DNA from: the human T2T-CHM13v2.0 reference genome, Homo sapiens
DNA: 64,000 nt
Strand: one strand, 5' to 3'
Assembly (NCBI RefSeq): GCF_009914755.1
Contig: NC_060948.1
A program made the translations under genes and the position numbers. The notes under the pieces were generated by a model. It searched no databases and was not told where the DNA came from. It saw only the letters and a program-made list of their open reading frames with translations. Below, piece by piece: positions 30,501 to 44,900 of this stretch; within the stretch, counting starts at the first letter, position 1, and each line of letters opens with the position of its first letter.

Positions 30501-33500
30501 AATGGAATAGTATGGAATGGAATGGAAAGGAATGGAGTGGAATAGACTAGAGTGGAATGGAATGGACTGGAAAGCAATGGACTGGAATGGAACTTTCTTG
30601 AATGGACTGGAATCAAACGGAATGGAATGCAATGCAATCAAATGGCATGGAATAAAATAGAATGAAAGAGAATCAAATGGAATTGAATCGAATGGAATCG
30701 AATGGATTGGAAAGGAATAGAATGGAATGGAATGGAATGGACTCAAATGGAATGGACTAGAATGGAATGGATTCGAATGGAAGGCAAAGGAATGGAATCT
30801 ATTGGAATGGACTGTAATGGAATGGAATGGAAGGGATTGGAATGGACTCGAATGGAATGGACTGCAATAGAAAGGATTCGAATGGAATGAAAAAGAATTG
30901 AATGGAATAGAACAGAATGGAATCAAATCGAATGAAATGGAATGGAATAGAAAGGAATGGAATGAAATGGAATGGAAAGGATTCGAATGGAATGCAATCG
31001 AATGGAATGGAATCGAACGGAATGGAATAAAATGGAAGAAAACTGGCAAGAAATGGAATCGAAATGAATGGAGTGTTATGGAACGGACTCAAAAGGAATT
31101 GAATGTAATAGAATGGAGTGGAGTGGACTCGAATATAATGGACTGGAATGGAATGAAATCACATGGAATGGGAACGAATGGAATGGAATGGAAAGGAATG
31201 GAATCGAATGGAAAGGAATCGAATGGAAGGGAATGAAATTGAATCAACAGGAATGGAAGGGAATAGAATAGACGGTAATGGAATGGACTCGAATAGAATG
31301 GACACGAATGCTCAAATTGAATGGACTCGAATGGAATGGAAACGAAAGGAATGTCATCGAATGGAATTGAATCGATTGGAATGAAATCGCATAGAATGGA
31401 GTGGAATCAAATGGAATTGAATCGAAAGGAAAGGAAGCGAATGGACTGAAATGAAATGGAATGGAATTGAATGGAAAGTAATGCAATGGAATAGAATGGA
31501 ACGAAATTTCACGGAATGGAATCAAACTGAATGGAATCAAATCAATGGAATCCAATCAAATGGAATGGAAAGGAATTGAATGGAGTAGATTGGATTGGAT
31601 GGGATTGGAATGAAATGTACTGGAAAGGACTCGAATTTCATGAAACGGAATGGAATGAATTGGAACGGAATGGACTCGAATGGAATGGAATGTCATGGAA
31701 TGGCATCAAATGGAATGGCATCAAATGGAATAGAATCGAATGCAATGGAATGCTATGGAATGGAATGGAATGCATTGGAATGGAATGTCCTCTAATGGAA
31801 TGGATTCGAGTGGAATGGAATCGAATATAATGGAGTCGAATGAAATGGAATTGAAAGGAATGGGATCGAATACAATGGAATATACTGGAATGTAATGTAA
31901 TGAACTCGAATGTAATTGACTGGAATGGAATGTACATGAATGGAATGTAATCGAATGGAAAGTAATCCAATGGAATAGAATCTAATGCAATAAAATCGAC
32001 TCAGATAGAGTAGAATGTAATGGAATGGAGTGCAGTGCAATGGAATGGAATGGAATGGAATGCAATTGAATGGAATGGAATGGAATGGAATGGAATGGAA
32101 TGGGATGGAATGGTATGGAATGGATAGTAATGGACTGGAGTGAAATGGACTGGAAAGGAATGGACTCAAATTGAAAGGGCTCGAAAGGAATGGAGTCAAA
32201 TGGAATGGTCTGGAATGGAATGAACACGAATGTAATGCAATCCAATAGAATGGAATCGAATGGCATGGAATATAAAGAAATGGAATCGGAGAGAATGGAA
32301 ACAAATGGAATGGAATTGAATGGAATGGAATTGAATGGAATGGGAACGAATGGAGTGAAATTGTATGCAGTAGAAGGGAATAGAATGGAATGCAAGCGAA
32401 AGGAAAGGAATGGATTGGAATGGAATGGAATTCATTGGAATGGAAGGGAATGTAGTGTAATGGACAGGCCTGGAATAAAGTGGAATGCTACGGTCTCGAA
32501 TGGAATAAAAATGTATGGAATGGAATGCAATGAAATGGAATCGAATGTCATAGAATATAATGGAATGCAACAAAATGGAATCCAAAATCATTGACTGGAA
32601 AGGCTGGGTGTCGAAAGGAATTGACTCCAATGGAATGGAATCGAATGGAATGGAAGTGAATAGAATCGAACTAAATCGAATGGAATGGAATTGATAGGAA
32701 CGGAATGGAAAGGAATGCAATGATTTGGCATGGAATGGAATCGAATGGCATCGAATGGAATGGAATGGAATGCAATGGAATGGAATGTATTAGAATGTAA
32801 TGAACTTTAATGGAATGTACTCGAATGGATTCGACTGGAATGGAATGTTCTGGAAGTGAATGGACTCCAATGGAATAGATTCCAAAGGAATGGAATCGTA
32901 CGGAATGGAATCTAATGGAATGGAATTAAATGGAAATGAATCAAATTGAATAGCACGGAATTGAATTGAATGGAATGGAATGCAATGGAATCTAATGAAA
33001 CGGAAAGGAAAGGAATGGAATGGAATGGAATGGGCTGGAATGGAAAGGAATCGAAACGAATGGAATGGAATCGAACTGAAGAGACTGGAATGGAATGCAC
33101 TGGAATGGAAGGGAGTGTAATGGAAGGTTCTCGAAAAAAATGGAATCGAATGGAATGGAATTGAATGGAACGGAATAGAGTCGAATGGAATTGAATGGAA
33201 TGGAATGGACTAGAGTGATATGGAATCGAACCACAAGGAATGGAGAGGAATAGAATGGTCTCGAATTGAATGGAATCGTATGGAGTGGCATCAAACGGAA
33301 TGGAATGGACAGCCACGGAATGGAATGCACTCGAATGCAATGGAGTCGAAACTAATGGACTGGAATAGAATGGACTCGACTGGTACGGACTCCAATGGAA
33401 TGGAATCGAATGGAAGGGAATCGAACGGAATGGACTCGAAGGGAAAAGACTGCAATGGAAAGGTCTCGAATGGAATGGAAATTAATGGAATGGAATGGAA

Positions 33501-36500
33501 TCGAATGAAATGGAGTCAAAAGGAATGGAATCGAATGGCAACAAATCGAATGTAATGGAATCGCAAGGAATTGACGTGAAAGGAACGGAATGGAATGGAA
33601 TCCAAAGGAATGGAATAGAATGGAATGGAATCGAATGGAAAGGACTCGAATGGAAATCACTCGAATAGAATGCAATTTAATAAAATAGGATCAAATGTAA
33701 TGGAATGGAATGGAAAGGAATCGAAACGAAAGGAATGGAGACAGATGGAATGGAATGGAACAGAGAGCAATGGTATAGAATGGAATGGAATCATCTGGAA
33801 TGGAATTGAATGGAATGGAATAATATGAAATGGAATGGAATGGAATGGAATGGAATGCCCTTGAATTAAATGGACTGGAATGGAATGGACTCGAACAGAG
33901 TGGAATGGAAAGTGTTGAGATAGAATGGAATGGACTCCTTTGGAATGGTGTAGTATGCAATGCAATCGACTGGCAGGGAATCAAAAGGAATGTAATGGAA
34001 TGGACTGGACTGGAATGCAATGGACTCGAATAGATTGGAAACGGAATGCAAAGAAATGGAATGGAATAGTATGGAATGGAATGGAAAGGAATGGAGTGGA
34101 ATAGACTAGAGTGGAATGGAATGGACTGGAAAGCAATGGACTGGAATGGAACTTTCTTGAATGGACTGGAATCAAACGGAATGGAATGCAATGCAATCAA
34201 ATGGCATGGAATAAAATAGAATGAAAGAGAATCAAATGGAATTGAATCGAATGGAATCGAATGGATTGGAAAGGAATAGAATGGAATGGAATGGAATGGA
34301 CTCAAATGGAATGGACTAGAATGGAATGGATTCGAATGGAAGGCAAAGGAATGGAATCTACTGGAATGGACTGTAATGGAATGGAATGGAAGGGATTGGA
34401 ATGGACTCGAATGGAATGGACTGCAATAGAAAGGATTCGAATGGAATGAAAAAGAATTGAATGGAATAGAACAGAATGGAATCAAATCGAATGAAATGGA
34501 ATGGAATAGAAAGGAATGGAATGAAATGGAATGGAAAGGATTCGAATGGAATGCAATCGAATGGAATGGAATCGAACGGAATGGAATAAAATGGAAGAAA
34601 ACTGGCAAGAAATGGAATCGAAATGAATGGAGTGTTATGGAACGGACTCAAAAGGAATTGAATGTAATAGAATGGAGTGGAGTGGACTCGAATATAATGG
34701 ACTGGAATGGAATGAAATCACATGGAATGGGAACGAATGGAATGGAATGGAAAGGAATGGAATCGAATGGAAAGGAATCGAATGGAAGGGAATGAAATTG
34801 AATCAACAGGAATGGAAGGGAATAGAATAGACGGTAATGGAATGGACTCGAATAGAATGGACACGAATGCTCAAATTGAATGGACTCGAATGGAATGGAA
34901 ACGAAAGGAATGTCATCGAATGGAATTGAATCGATTGGAATGAAATCGCATAGAATGGAGTGGAATCAAATGGAATTGAATCGAAAGGAAAGGAAGCGAA
35001 TGGACTGAAATGAAATGGAATGGAATTGAATGGAAAGTAATGCAATGGAATAGAATGGAACGAAATTTCACGGAATGGAATCAAACTGAATGGAATCAAA
35101 TCAATGGAATCAAATCAAATGGAATGGAAAGGAATTGAATGGAGTAGATTGGATTGGATGGGATTGGAATGAAATGTACTGGAAAGGACTCGAATTTCAT
35201 GAAACGGAATGGAATGAATTGGAACGGAATGGACTCGAATGGAATGGAATGTCATGGAATGGCATCAAATGGAATGGCATCAAATGGAATGGAATCGAAT
35301 GCAATGGAATGCTATGGAATGGAATGGAATGCATTGGAATGGAATGTCCTCTAATGGAATGGATTCGAGTGGAATGGAATCGAATATAATGGAGTCGAAT
35401 GAAATGGAATTGAAAGGAATGGGATCGAATAGAATGGAATATACTGGAATGTAATGTAATGAACTCGAATGTAATTGACTGGAATGGAATGTACATGAAT
35501 GGAATGTAATCGAATGGAAAGTAATCCAATGGAATAGAATCTAATGCAATAAAATCGACTCAGATAGAGTAGAATGTAATGGAATGGAGTGCAGTGCAAT
35601 GGAAGGGAATGGAATTGAATGCAATGGAATGGAATGGAATGGAATGGAATGGAATGGAATGGAATGGGATGGAATGGTATGGAATGGATAGTAATGGACT
35701 GGAGTGAAATGGACTGGAAAGGAATGGACTCAAATTGAAAGGGCTCGAAAGGAATGGAGTCAAATGGAATGGTCTGGAATGGAATGAACACGAATGTAAT
35801 GCAATCCAATAGAATGGAATCGAATGGCATGGAATATAAAGAAATGGAATCGAAGAGAATGGAAACAAATGGAATGGAATTGAATGGAATGGAATTGAAT
35901 GGAATGGGAACGAATGGAGTGAAATTGTATGCAGTAGAAGGGAATAGAATGGAATGCAAGCGAAAGGAAAGGAATGGATTGGAATGGAATGGAATTCATT
36001 GGAATGGAAGGGAATGTAGTGTAATGGACAGGCCTGGAATAAAGTGGAATGCTACGGTCTCGAATGGAATAAAAATGTATGGAATGGAATGCAATGAAAC
36101 GGAATCGAATGTCATAGAATGTAATGGAATGCAAAAAAATGGAATCCAAAATCATTGACTGGAAAGGCTGGGTGTCGAAAGGAATTGACTCCAATGGAAT
36201 GGAATCGAATGGAATGGAAGTGAATAGAATCGAACTAAATCGAATGGAATGGAATTGATAGGAACGGAATGGAAAGGAATGCAATGATTTGGCATGGAAT
36301 GGAATCGAATGGCATCGAATGGAATGGAATGGAATGCAATGGAATGGAATGTATTAGAATGTAATGAACTTTAATGGAATGTACTCGAATGGATTCGACT
36401 GGAATGGAATGTTCTGGAAGTGAATGGACTCTAATGGAATGGATTCAAAAGGAATGGAATCGTACGGAATGGAATCTAATGGAATGGAATTAAATGGAAA

Positions 36501-38924
36501 TGAATCAAATTGAATAGCACGGAATTGAATTGAATGGAATGGAATGCAATGGAATCTAATGAAACGGAAAGGAAAGGAATGGAATGGAATGGAATGGACT
36601 GGAATGGAAAGGAATCGAAACGAATGGAATGGAATCGAACTGAAGAGACTGGAATGGAATGCACTGGAATGGAAGGGAGTGTAATGGAAGGTTCTCGAAA
36701 AAAATGGAATCGAATGGAATGGAATTGAATGGAACGGAATAGAGTCGAATGGAATTGAATGGAATGGAATGGACTAGAGTGAAATGGAATCGAACCACAA
36801 GGAATGGACATGAATAGAATGGTCTCGAATTGAATGGAATCGTATGGAATGGCATCAAACGGAATGGAATGCACAGCCACGGAATGGAATGCACTCGAAT
36901 GCAATGGAGTCGAAACTAATGGACTGGAATAGAATGGACTCGACTGGTACGGACTCCAATGGAATGGAATCGAATGGAAGGGAATCGAACGGAATGGACT
37001 CGAAGGGAAAAGACTGCAATGGAAAGGTCTCGAATGGAATGGAAATTAATGGAGTGGAATGGAATCGAATGAAATGTAGTCAAAAGGAATGGAATCGTAT
37101 GGCAAGAAATCGAATGTAATGGAATCACAAGGAATTGATGTGAACGGAACGGAATGGAATGGAATCCAAAGGAATGGAATAGAATGGAATGGAATCGAAT
37201 GGAAAGGACTCGAATGGAAATCACTCGAATAGAATGCAATTTAATAAAATAGGATCAAATGTAATGGAATGGAATGAAAAGGAATCGAAACGAAAGGAAT
37301 GGAGACAGATGGAATGGAATGGAACAGAGAGCAATGGTATAGAATGGAATGGAATCATCTGGAATGGAATTGAATGGAATGGAATAATATGAAATGGAAT
37401 GGAATGGAATGGAATGGAATGCCCTTGAATTAAATGGACTGGAATGGAATGGACTCGAACAGAGTGGAATGGAAAGTGTTGAGATAGAATGGAATGGACT
37501 CCTTTGGAATGGTGTAGTATGCAATGCAATCGACTGGCAGGGAATCAAAAGGAATGTAATCGAATGGATTGGACTGGAATGCAATGGACTCGAATAGATT
37601 GGAAACGGGATGCAAAGGAATGGAATGGAATAGTATGGAATGGAATGGAAAGGAATGGAGTGGAATAGACTAGAGTGGAATGGAATGGACTGGAAAGCAA
37701 TGGACTGGAATGGAACTTTCTTGAATGGACTGGAATCAAACGGAATGGAATGCAATGCAATCAAATGGCATGGAATAAAATAGAATGAAAGAGAATCAAA
37801 TGGAATTGAATCGAATGGAATCGAATGGATTGGAAAGGAATAGAATGGAATGGAATGGAATTGACTCAAATGGAATGGACTAGAATGGAATGGATTCGAA
37901 TGGAAGGCAAAGGAATGGAATCTATTGGAATGGACTGTAATGGAATGGAATGGAAGGGATTGGAATGGACTCGAATGGAATGGACTGCAATAGAAAGGTT
38001 TCGAATGGAATGAAAAAGAATTGAATGGAATAGAACAGAATGGAATCAAATCGAATGAAATGGAATGGAATAGAAAGGAATGGAATGAAATGGAATGGAA
38101 AGGATTCGAATGGAATGCAATCGAATGGAATGGAATCGAACGGAATGGAATAAAATGGAAGAAAACTGGCAAGAAATGGAATCGAAATGAATGGAGTGTT
38201 ATGGAACGGACTCAAAAGGAATTGAATGTAATAGAATGGAGTGGAGTGGACTCGAATATAATGGACTGGAATGGAATGAAATCACATGGAATGGGAACGA
38301 ATGGAATGGAATGGAAAGGAATGGAATCGAATGGAAAGGAATCGAATGGAAGGGAATGAAATTGAATCAACAGGAATGGAAGGGAATAGAATAGACGGTA
38401 ATGGAATGGACTCGAATAGAATGGACACGAATGCTCAAATTGAATGGACTCGAATGGAATGGAAACGAAAGGAATGTCATCGAATGGAATTGAATCGATT
38501 GGAATGAAATCGCACAGAATGGAGTGGAATCAAATGGAATTGAATCGAAAGGAAAGGAAGCGAATGGACTGAAATGAAATGGAATGGAATTGAATGGAAA
38601 GTAATGCAATGGAATAGAATGGAACTAAATTTCACGGAATGGAATCAAACTGAATGGAATCAAATCAATGGAATCAAATCAAATGGAATGGAAAGGAATT
38701 GAATGGAGTAGATTGGATTGGATGGGATTGGAATGAAATGTACTGGAAAGGACTCGAATTTCATGAAACGGAATGGAATGAATTGGAACGGAATGGACTC
38801 GAATGGAATGGAATGTCATGGAATGGCATCAAATGGAATGGCATCAAATGGAATGGAATCGAATGCAATGGAATGCTATGGAATGGAATGGAATGCATTG
38901 GAATGGAATGTCCTCTAATGGAAT

Positions 38925-41900
38925 GGATTCGAGTGGAATGGAATCGAATATAATGGAGTCGAATGAAATGGAATTGAAAGGAATGGGATCGAATACAATG
39001 GAATATACTGGAATGTAATGTAATGAACTCGAATGTAATTGACTGGAATGGAATGTACATGAATGGAATGTAATCGAATGGAAAGTAATCCAATGGAATA
39101 GAATCTAATGCAATAAAATCGACTCAGATAGAGTAGAATGTAATGGAATGGAGTGCAGTGCAATGGAATGGAATGGAATGGAATGCAATGGAATGGAATG
39201 GAATGGAATGGAATGGAATGGAATGGGATGGAATGGGATGGAATGGATAGTAATGGACTGGAGTGAAATGGACTGGAAAGGAATGGACTCAAATTGAAAG
39301 GGCTCGAAAGGAATGGAGTCAAATGGAATGGTCTGGAATGGAATGAACACGAATGTAATGCAATCCAATAGAATGGAATCGAATGGCATGGAATATAAAG
39401 AAATGGAATCGGAGAGAATGGAAACAAATGGAATGGAATTGAATGGAATGGAATTGAATGGAATGGGAACGAATGGAGTGAAATTGTATGCAGTAGAAGG
39501 GAATAGAATGGAATGCAAGCGAAAGGAAAGGAATGGATTGGAATGGAATGGAATTCATTGGAATGGAAGGGAATGTAGTGTAATGGACAGGCCTGGAATA
39601 AAGTGGAATGCTACGGTCTCGAATGGAATAAAAATGTATGGAATGGAATGCAATGAAAAGGAATCGAATGTCATAGAATATAATGGAATGCAACAAAATG
39701 GAATCCAAAATCATTGACTGGAAAGGCTGGGTGTCGAAAGGAATTGACTCCAATGGAATGGAATCGAATGGAATGGAAGTGAATAGAATCGAACTAAATC
39801 GAATGGAATGGAATTGATAGGAACGGAATGGAAAGGAATGCAATGATTTGGCATGGAATGGAATCGAATGGCATCGAATGGAATGGAATGGAATGCAATG
39901 GAATGGAATGTATTAGAATGTAATGAACTTTAATGGAATGTACTCGAATGGATTCGACTGGAATGGAATGTTCTGGAAGTGAATGGACTCCAATGGAATG
40001 GATTCAAAAGGAATGGAATCGTACGGAATGGAATCTAATGGAATGGAATTAAATGGAAATGAATCAAATTGAATAGCACGGAATTGAATTGAATGGAATG
40101 GAATGCAATGGAATCTAACGAAACGGAAAGGAAAGGAATGCAATGGAATGGAATGGGCTGGAATGGAAAGGAATCGAAACGAATGGAATGGAATCGAACT
40201 GAAGAGACTGGAATGGAATGCACTGGAATGGAAGGGAGTGTAATGGAAGGTTCTCGAAAAAAATGGAATCGAATGGAATGGAATTGAATGGAACGGAATA
40301 GAGTCGAATGGAATTGAATGGGATGGAATGGACTAGAGTGAAATGGAATCGAACCACAAGGAATGGACAGGAATAGAATGGTCTCGAATTGAATGGAATC
40401 GTATGGAATGGCATCAAACGGAATGGAATGGACAGCCACGGAATGGAATGCACTCGAATGCAATGGAGTCGAAACTAATGGACTGGAATAGAATGGACTC
40501 GACTGGTACGGACTCCAATGGAATGGAATCGAATGGAAGGGAATCGAACGGAATGGACTCGAAGGGACAAGACTGCAATGGAAAGGTCTCGAATGGAATG
40601 GAAATTAATGGAATGGAATGGAATCGAATGAAATGGAGTCAAAAGGAATGGAATCGAATGGCAAGAAATCGAATGTAATGGAATCGCAAGGAATTGATGT
40701 GAACGGAACGGAATGGAATGGAATCCAAAGGAATGGAATAGAATGGAATGGAATCGAATGGAAAGGACTCGAATGGAAATCACTCGAATAGAATGCAATT
40801 TAATAAAATAGGATCAAATGTAATGGAATGGAATGGAAAGGAATCGAAACGAAAGGAATGGAGACAGATGGAATGGAATGGAACAGAGAGCAATGGTATA
40901 GAATGGAATGGAATCATCTGGAATGGAATTGAATGGAATGGAATAATATGAAATGGAATGGAATGGAATGGAATGGAATGCCCTTGAATTAAATGGACTG
41001 GAATGGAATGGACTCGAACAGAGTGGAATGGAAAGTGTTGAGATAGAATGGAATGGACTCCTTTGGAATGGTCTAGTATGCAATGCAATCGACTGGTAGG
41101 GAATCAAAAGGAATGTAATCGAATGGATTGGACTGGAATGCAATGGACTCGAATAGATTGGAAACGGAATGCAAAGGAATGGAATGGAATAGTATGGAAT
41201 GGAATGGAAAGGAATGGAGTGGAATAGACTAGAGTGGAATGGAATGGACTGGAAAGCAATGGACTGGAATGGAACTTTCTTGAATGGACTGGAATCAAAC
41301 GGAATGGAATGCAATGCAATCAAATGGCATGGAATAAAATAGAATGAAAGAGAATCAAATGGAATTGAATCGAATGGAATCGAATGGATTGGAAAGGAAT
41401 AGAATGGAATGGAATGGAATGGACTCAAATGGAATGGACTAGAATGGAATGGATTCGAATGGAAGGCAAAGGAATGGAATCTATTGGAATGGACTGTAAT
41501 GGAATGGAATGGAAGGGATTGGAATGGACTCGAATGGAATGGACTGCAATAGAAAGGATTCGAATGGAATGAAAAAGAATTGAATGGAATAGAACAGAAT
41601 GGAATCAAATCGAATGAAATGGAATGGAATAGAAAGGAATGGAATGAAATGGAATGGAAAGGATTCGAATGGAATGCAATCGAATGGAATGGAATCGAAC
41701 GGAATGGAATAAAATGGAAGAAAACTGGCAAGAAATGGAATCGAAATGAATGGAGTGTTATGGAACGGACTCAAAAGGAATTGAATGTAATAGAATGGAG
41801 TGGAGTGGACTCGAATATAATGGACTGGAATGGAATGAAATCACATGGAATGGGAACGAATGGAATGGAATGGAAAGGAATGGAATCGAATGGAAAGGAA

Positions 41901-44900
41901 TCGAATGGAAGGGAATGAAATTGAATCAACAGGAATGGAAGGGAATAGAATAGACGGTAATGGAATGGACTCGAATAGAATGGACACGAATGCTCAAATT
42001 GAATGGACTCGAATGGAATGGAAACGAAAGGAATGTCATCGAATGGAATTGAATCGATTGGAATGAAATCGCATAGAATGGAGTGGAATCAAATGGAATT
42101 GAATCGAAAGGAAAGGAAGCGAATGGACTGAAATGAAATGGAATGGAATTGAATGGAAAGTAATGCAATGGAATAGAATGGAACGAAATTTCACGGAATG
42201 GAATCAAACTGAATGGAATCAAATCAATGGAATCCAATCAAATGGAATGGAGTAGATTGGATTGGATGGGATTGGAATGAAATGTACTGGAAAGGACTCG
42301 AATTTCATGAAACGGAATGGAATGAATTGGAACGGAATGGACTCGAATGGAATGGAATGTCATAGAATGGCATCAAATGGATTGGCATCAAATGGAATGG
42401 AATCGAATGCAATGGAATGCTATGGAATGGAATGGAATGCATTGGAATGGAATGTCCTCTAATGGAATGGATTCGAGTGGAATGGAATCGAATATAATGG
42501 AGTCGAATGAAATGGAATTGAAAGGAATGGGATCGAATACAATGGAATATACTGGAATGTAATGTAATGAACTCGAATGTAATTGACTGGAATGGAATGT
42601 ACATGAATGGAATGTAATCGAATGGAAAGTAATCCAATGGAATAGAATCTAATGCAATAAAATCGACTCAGATAGAGTAGAATGTAATGGAATGGAGTGC
42701 AGTGCAATGGAATGGAATGGAATGGAATGCAATGGAATGGAATGGAATGGAATGGAATGGAATGGAATGGAATGGTGTGGAATGGATAGTAATGGACTGG
42801 AGTGAAATGGACTGGAAAGGAATGGACTCAAATTGAATGGGCTCGAAAGGAATGGAGTCAAATGGAATGGTCTGGAATGGAATGAACACGAATGTAATGC
42901 AATCCAATAGAATGGAATCGAATGGCATGGAATATAAAGAAATGGAATCGAAGAGAATGGAAACAAATGGATTGGAATTGAGTGGAATGGAATTGAATGG
43001 AATGGGAACGAATGGAGTGAAATTGTATGCAGTAGAAGAGAATAGAATGGAATGCAGGCGAAAGGAAAGGAATGGATTGGAATGGAATGGAATTCATTGG
43101 AATGGAAGGGAATGTAGTGTAATGGACAGGCCTGGAATAAAGTGGAATGCTACGGTCTCGAATGGAATAAAAATGTATGGAATGGAATGCAATGAAACGG
43201 AATCGAATGTCATAGAATGTAATGGAATGCAAAAAAATGGACTCCAAAATCATTGACTGGAAAGGCTGGGTGTCGAAAGGAATTGACTCCAATGGAATGG
43301 AATCGAATGGAATGGAAGTGAATAGAATCGAACTAAATCGAATGGAATGGAATTGATAGGAACGGAATGGAAAGGAATGCAATGATTTGGCATGGAATGG
43401 AATCGAATGGCATCGAATGGAATGGAATGGAATGCAATGGAATGGAATGTATTAGAATGTAATGAACTTTAATGGAATGTACTCGAATGGATTCGACTGG
43501 AATGGAATGTTCTGGAAGTGAATGGACTCCAATGGAATGGATTCAAAAGGAATGGAATCGTACGGAATGGAATCTAATGGAATGGAATTAAATGGAAATG
43601 AATCAAATTGAATAGCACGGAATTGAATTGAATGGAATGGAATGCAATGGAATCTAATGAAACGGAAAGGAAAGGAATGGAATGGAATGGAATGGGCTGG
43701 AATGGAAAGGAATCGAAACGAATGGAATGGAATCGAACTGAAGAGACTGGAACGGAATGCACTGGAATGGAAGGGAGTGTAATGGAAGGTTCTCGAAAAA
43801 AATGGAATCGAATGGAATGGAATTGAATGGAACGGAATAGAGTCGAATGGAATTGAATGGAATGGAATGGACTAGAGTGAAATGGAATCGAACCACAAGG
43901 AATGGACAGGAATAGAATGGTCTCGAATTGAATGGAATCGTATGGAATGGCATCAAACGGAATGGAATGGACAGCCACGGAATGGAATGCACTCGAATGC
44001 AATGGAGTCGAAACTAATGGACTGGAATAGAATGGACTCGACTGGTACGGACTCCAATGGAATGGAATCGAATGGAAGGGAATCGAACGGAATGGACTCG
44101 AAGGGACAAGACTGCAAAGGAAAGGTCTCGAATGGAATGGAAATTAATGGAATGGAATGGAATCGAATGAAATGGAGTCAAAAGGAATGGAATCGAATGG
44201 CAAGAAATCGAATGTAATGGAATCACAAGGAATTGATGTGAACGGAACGGAATGGAATGGAATCCAAAGGAATGGAATAGAATGGAATGGAATCGAATGG
44301 AAAGGACTCGAATGGAAATCACTCGAATAGAATGCAATTTAATAAAATAGGATCAAATGTAATGGAATGGAATGGAAAGGAATCGAAACGAAAGGAATGG
44401 AGACAGATGGAATGGAATGGAACAGAGAGCAATGGTATAGAATGGAATGGAATCATCTGGAATGGAATTGAATGGAATGGAATAATATGAAATGGAATGG
44501 AATGGAATGGAATGGAATGCCCTTGAATTAAATGGACTGGAATGGAATGGACTCGAACAGAGTGGAATGGAAAGTGTTGAGATAGAATGGAATGGACTCC
44601 TTTGGAATGGTCTAGTATGCAATGCAATCGACTGGTAGGGAATCAAAAGGAATGTAATCGAATGGATTGGACTGGAATGCAATGGACTCGAATAGATTGG
44701 AAACGGAATGCAAAGGAATGGAATGGAATAGTATGGAATGGAATGGAAAGGAATGGAGTGGAATAGACTAGAGTGGAATGGAATGGACCGGAAAGCAATG
44801 GACTGGAATGGAACTTTCTTGAATGGACTGGAATCAAACGGAATGGAATGCAATGCAATCAAATGGCATGGAATAAAATAGAATGAAAGAGAATCAAATG

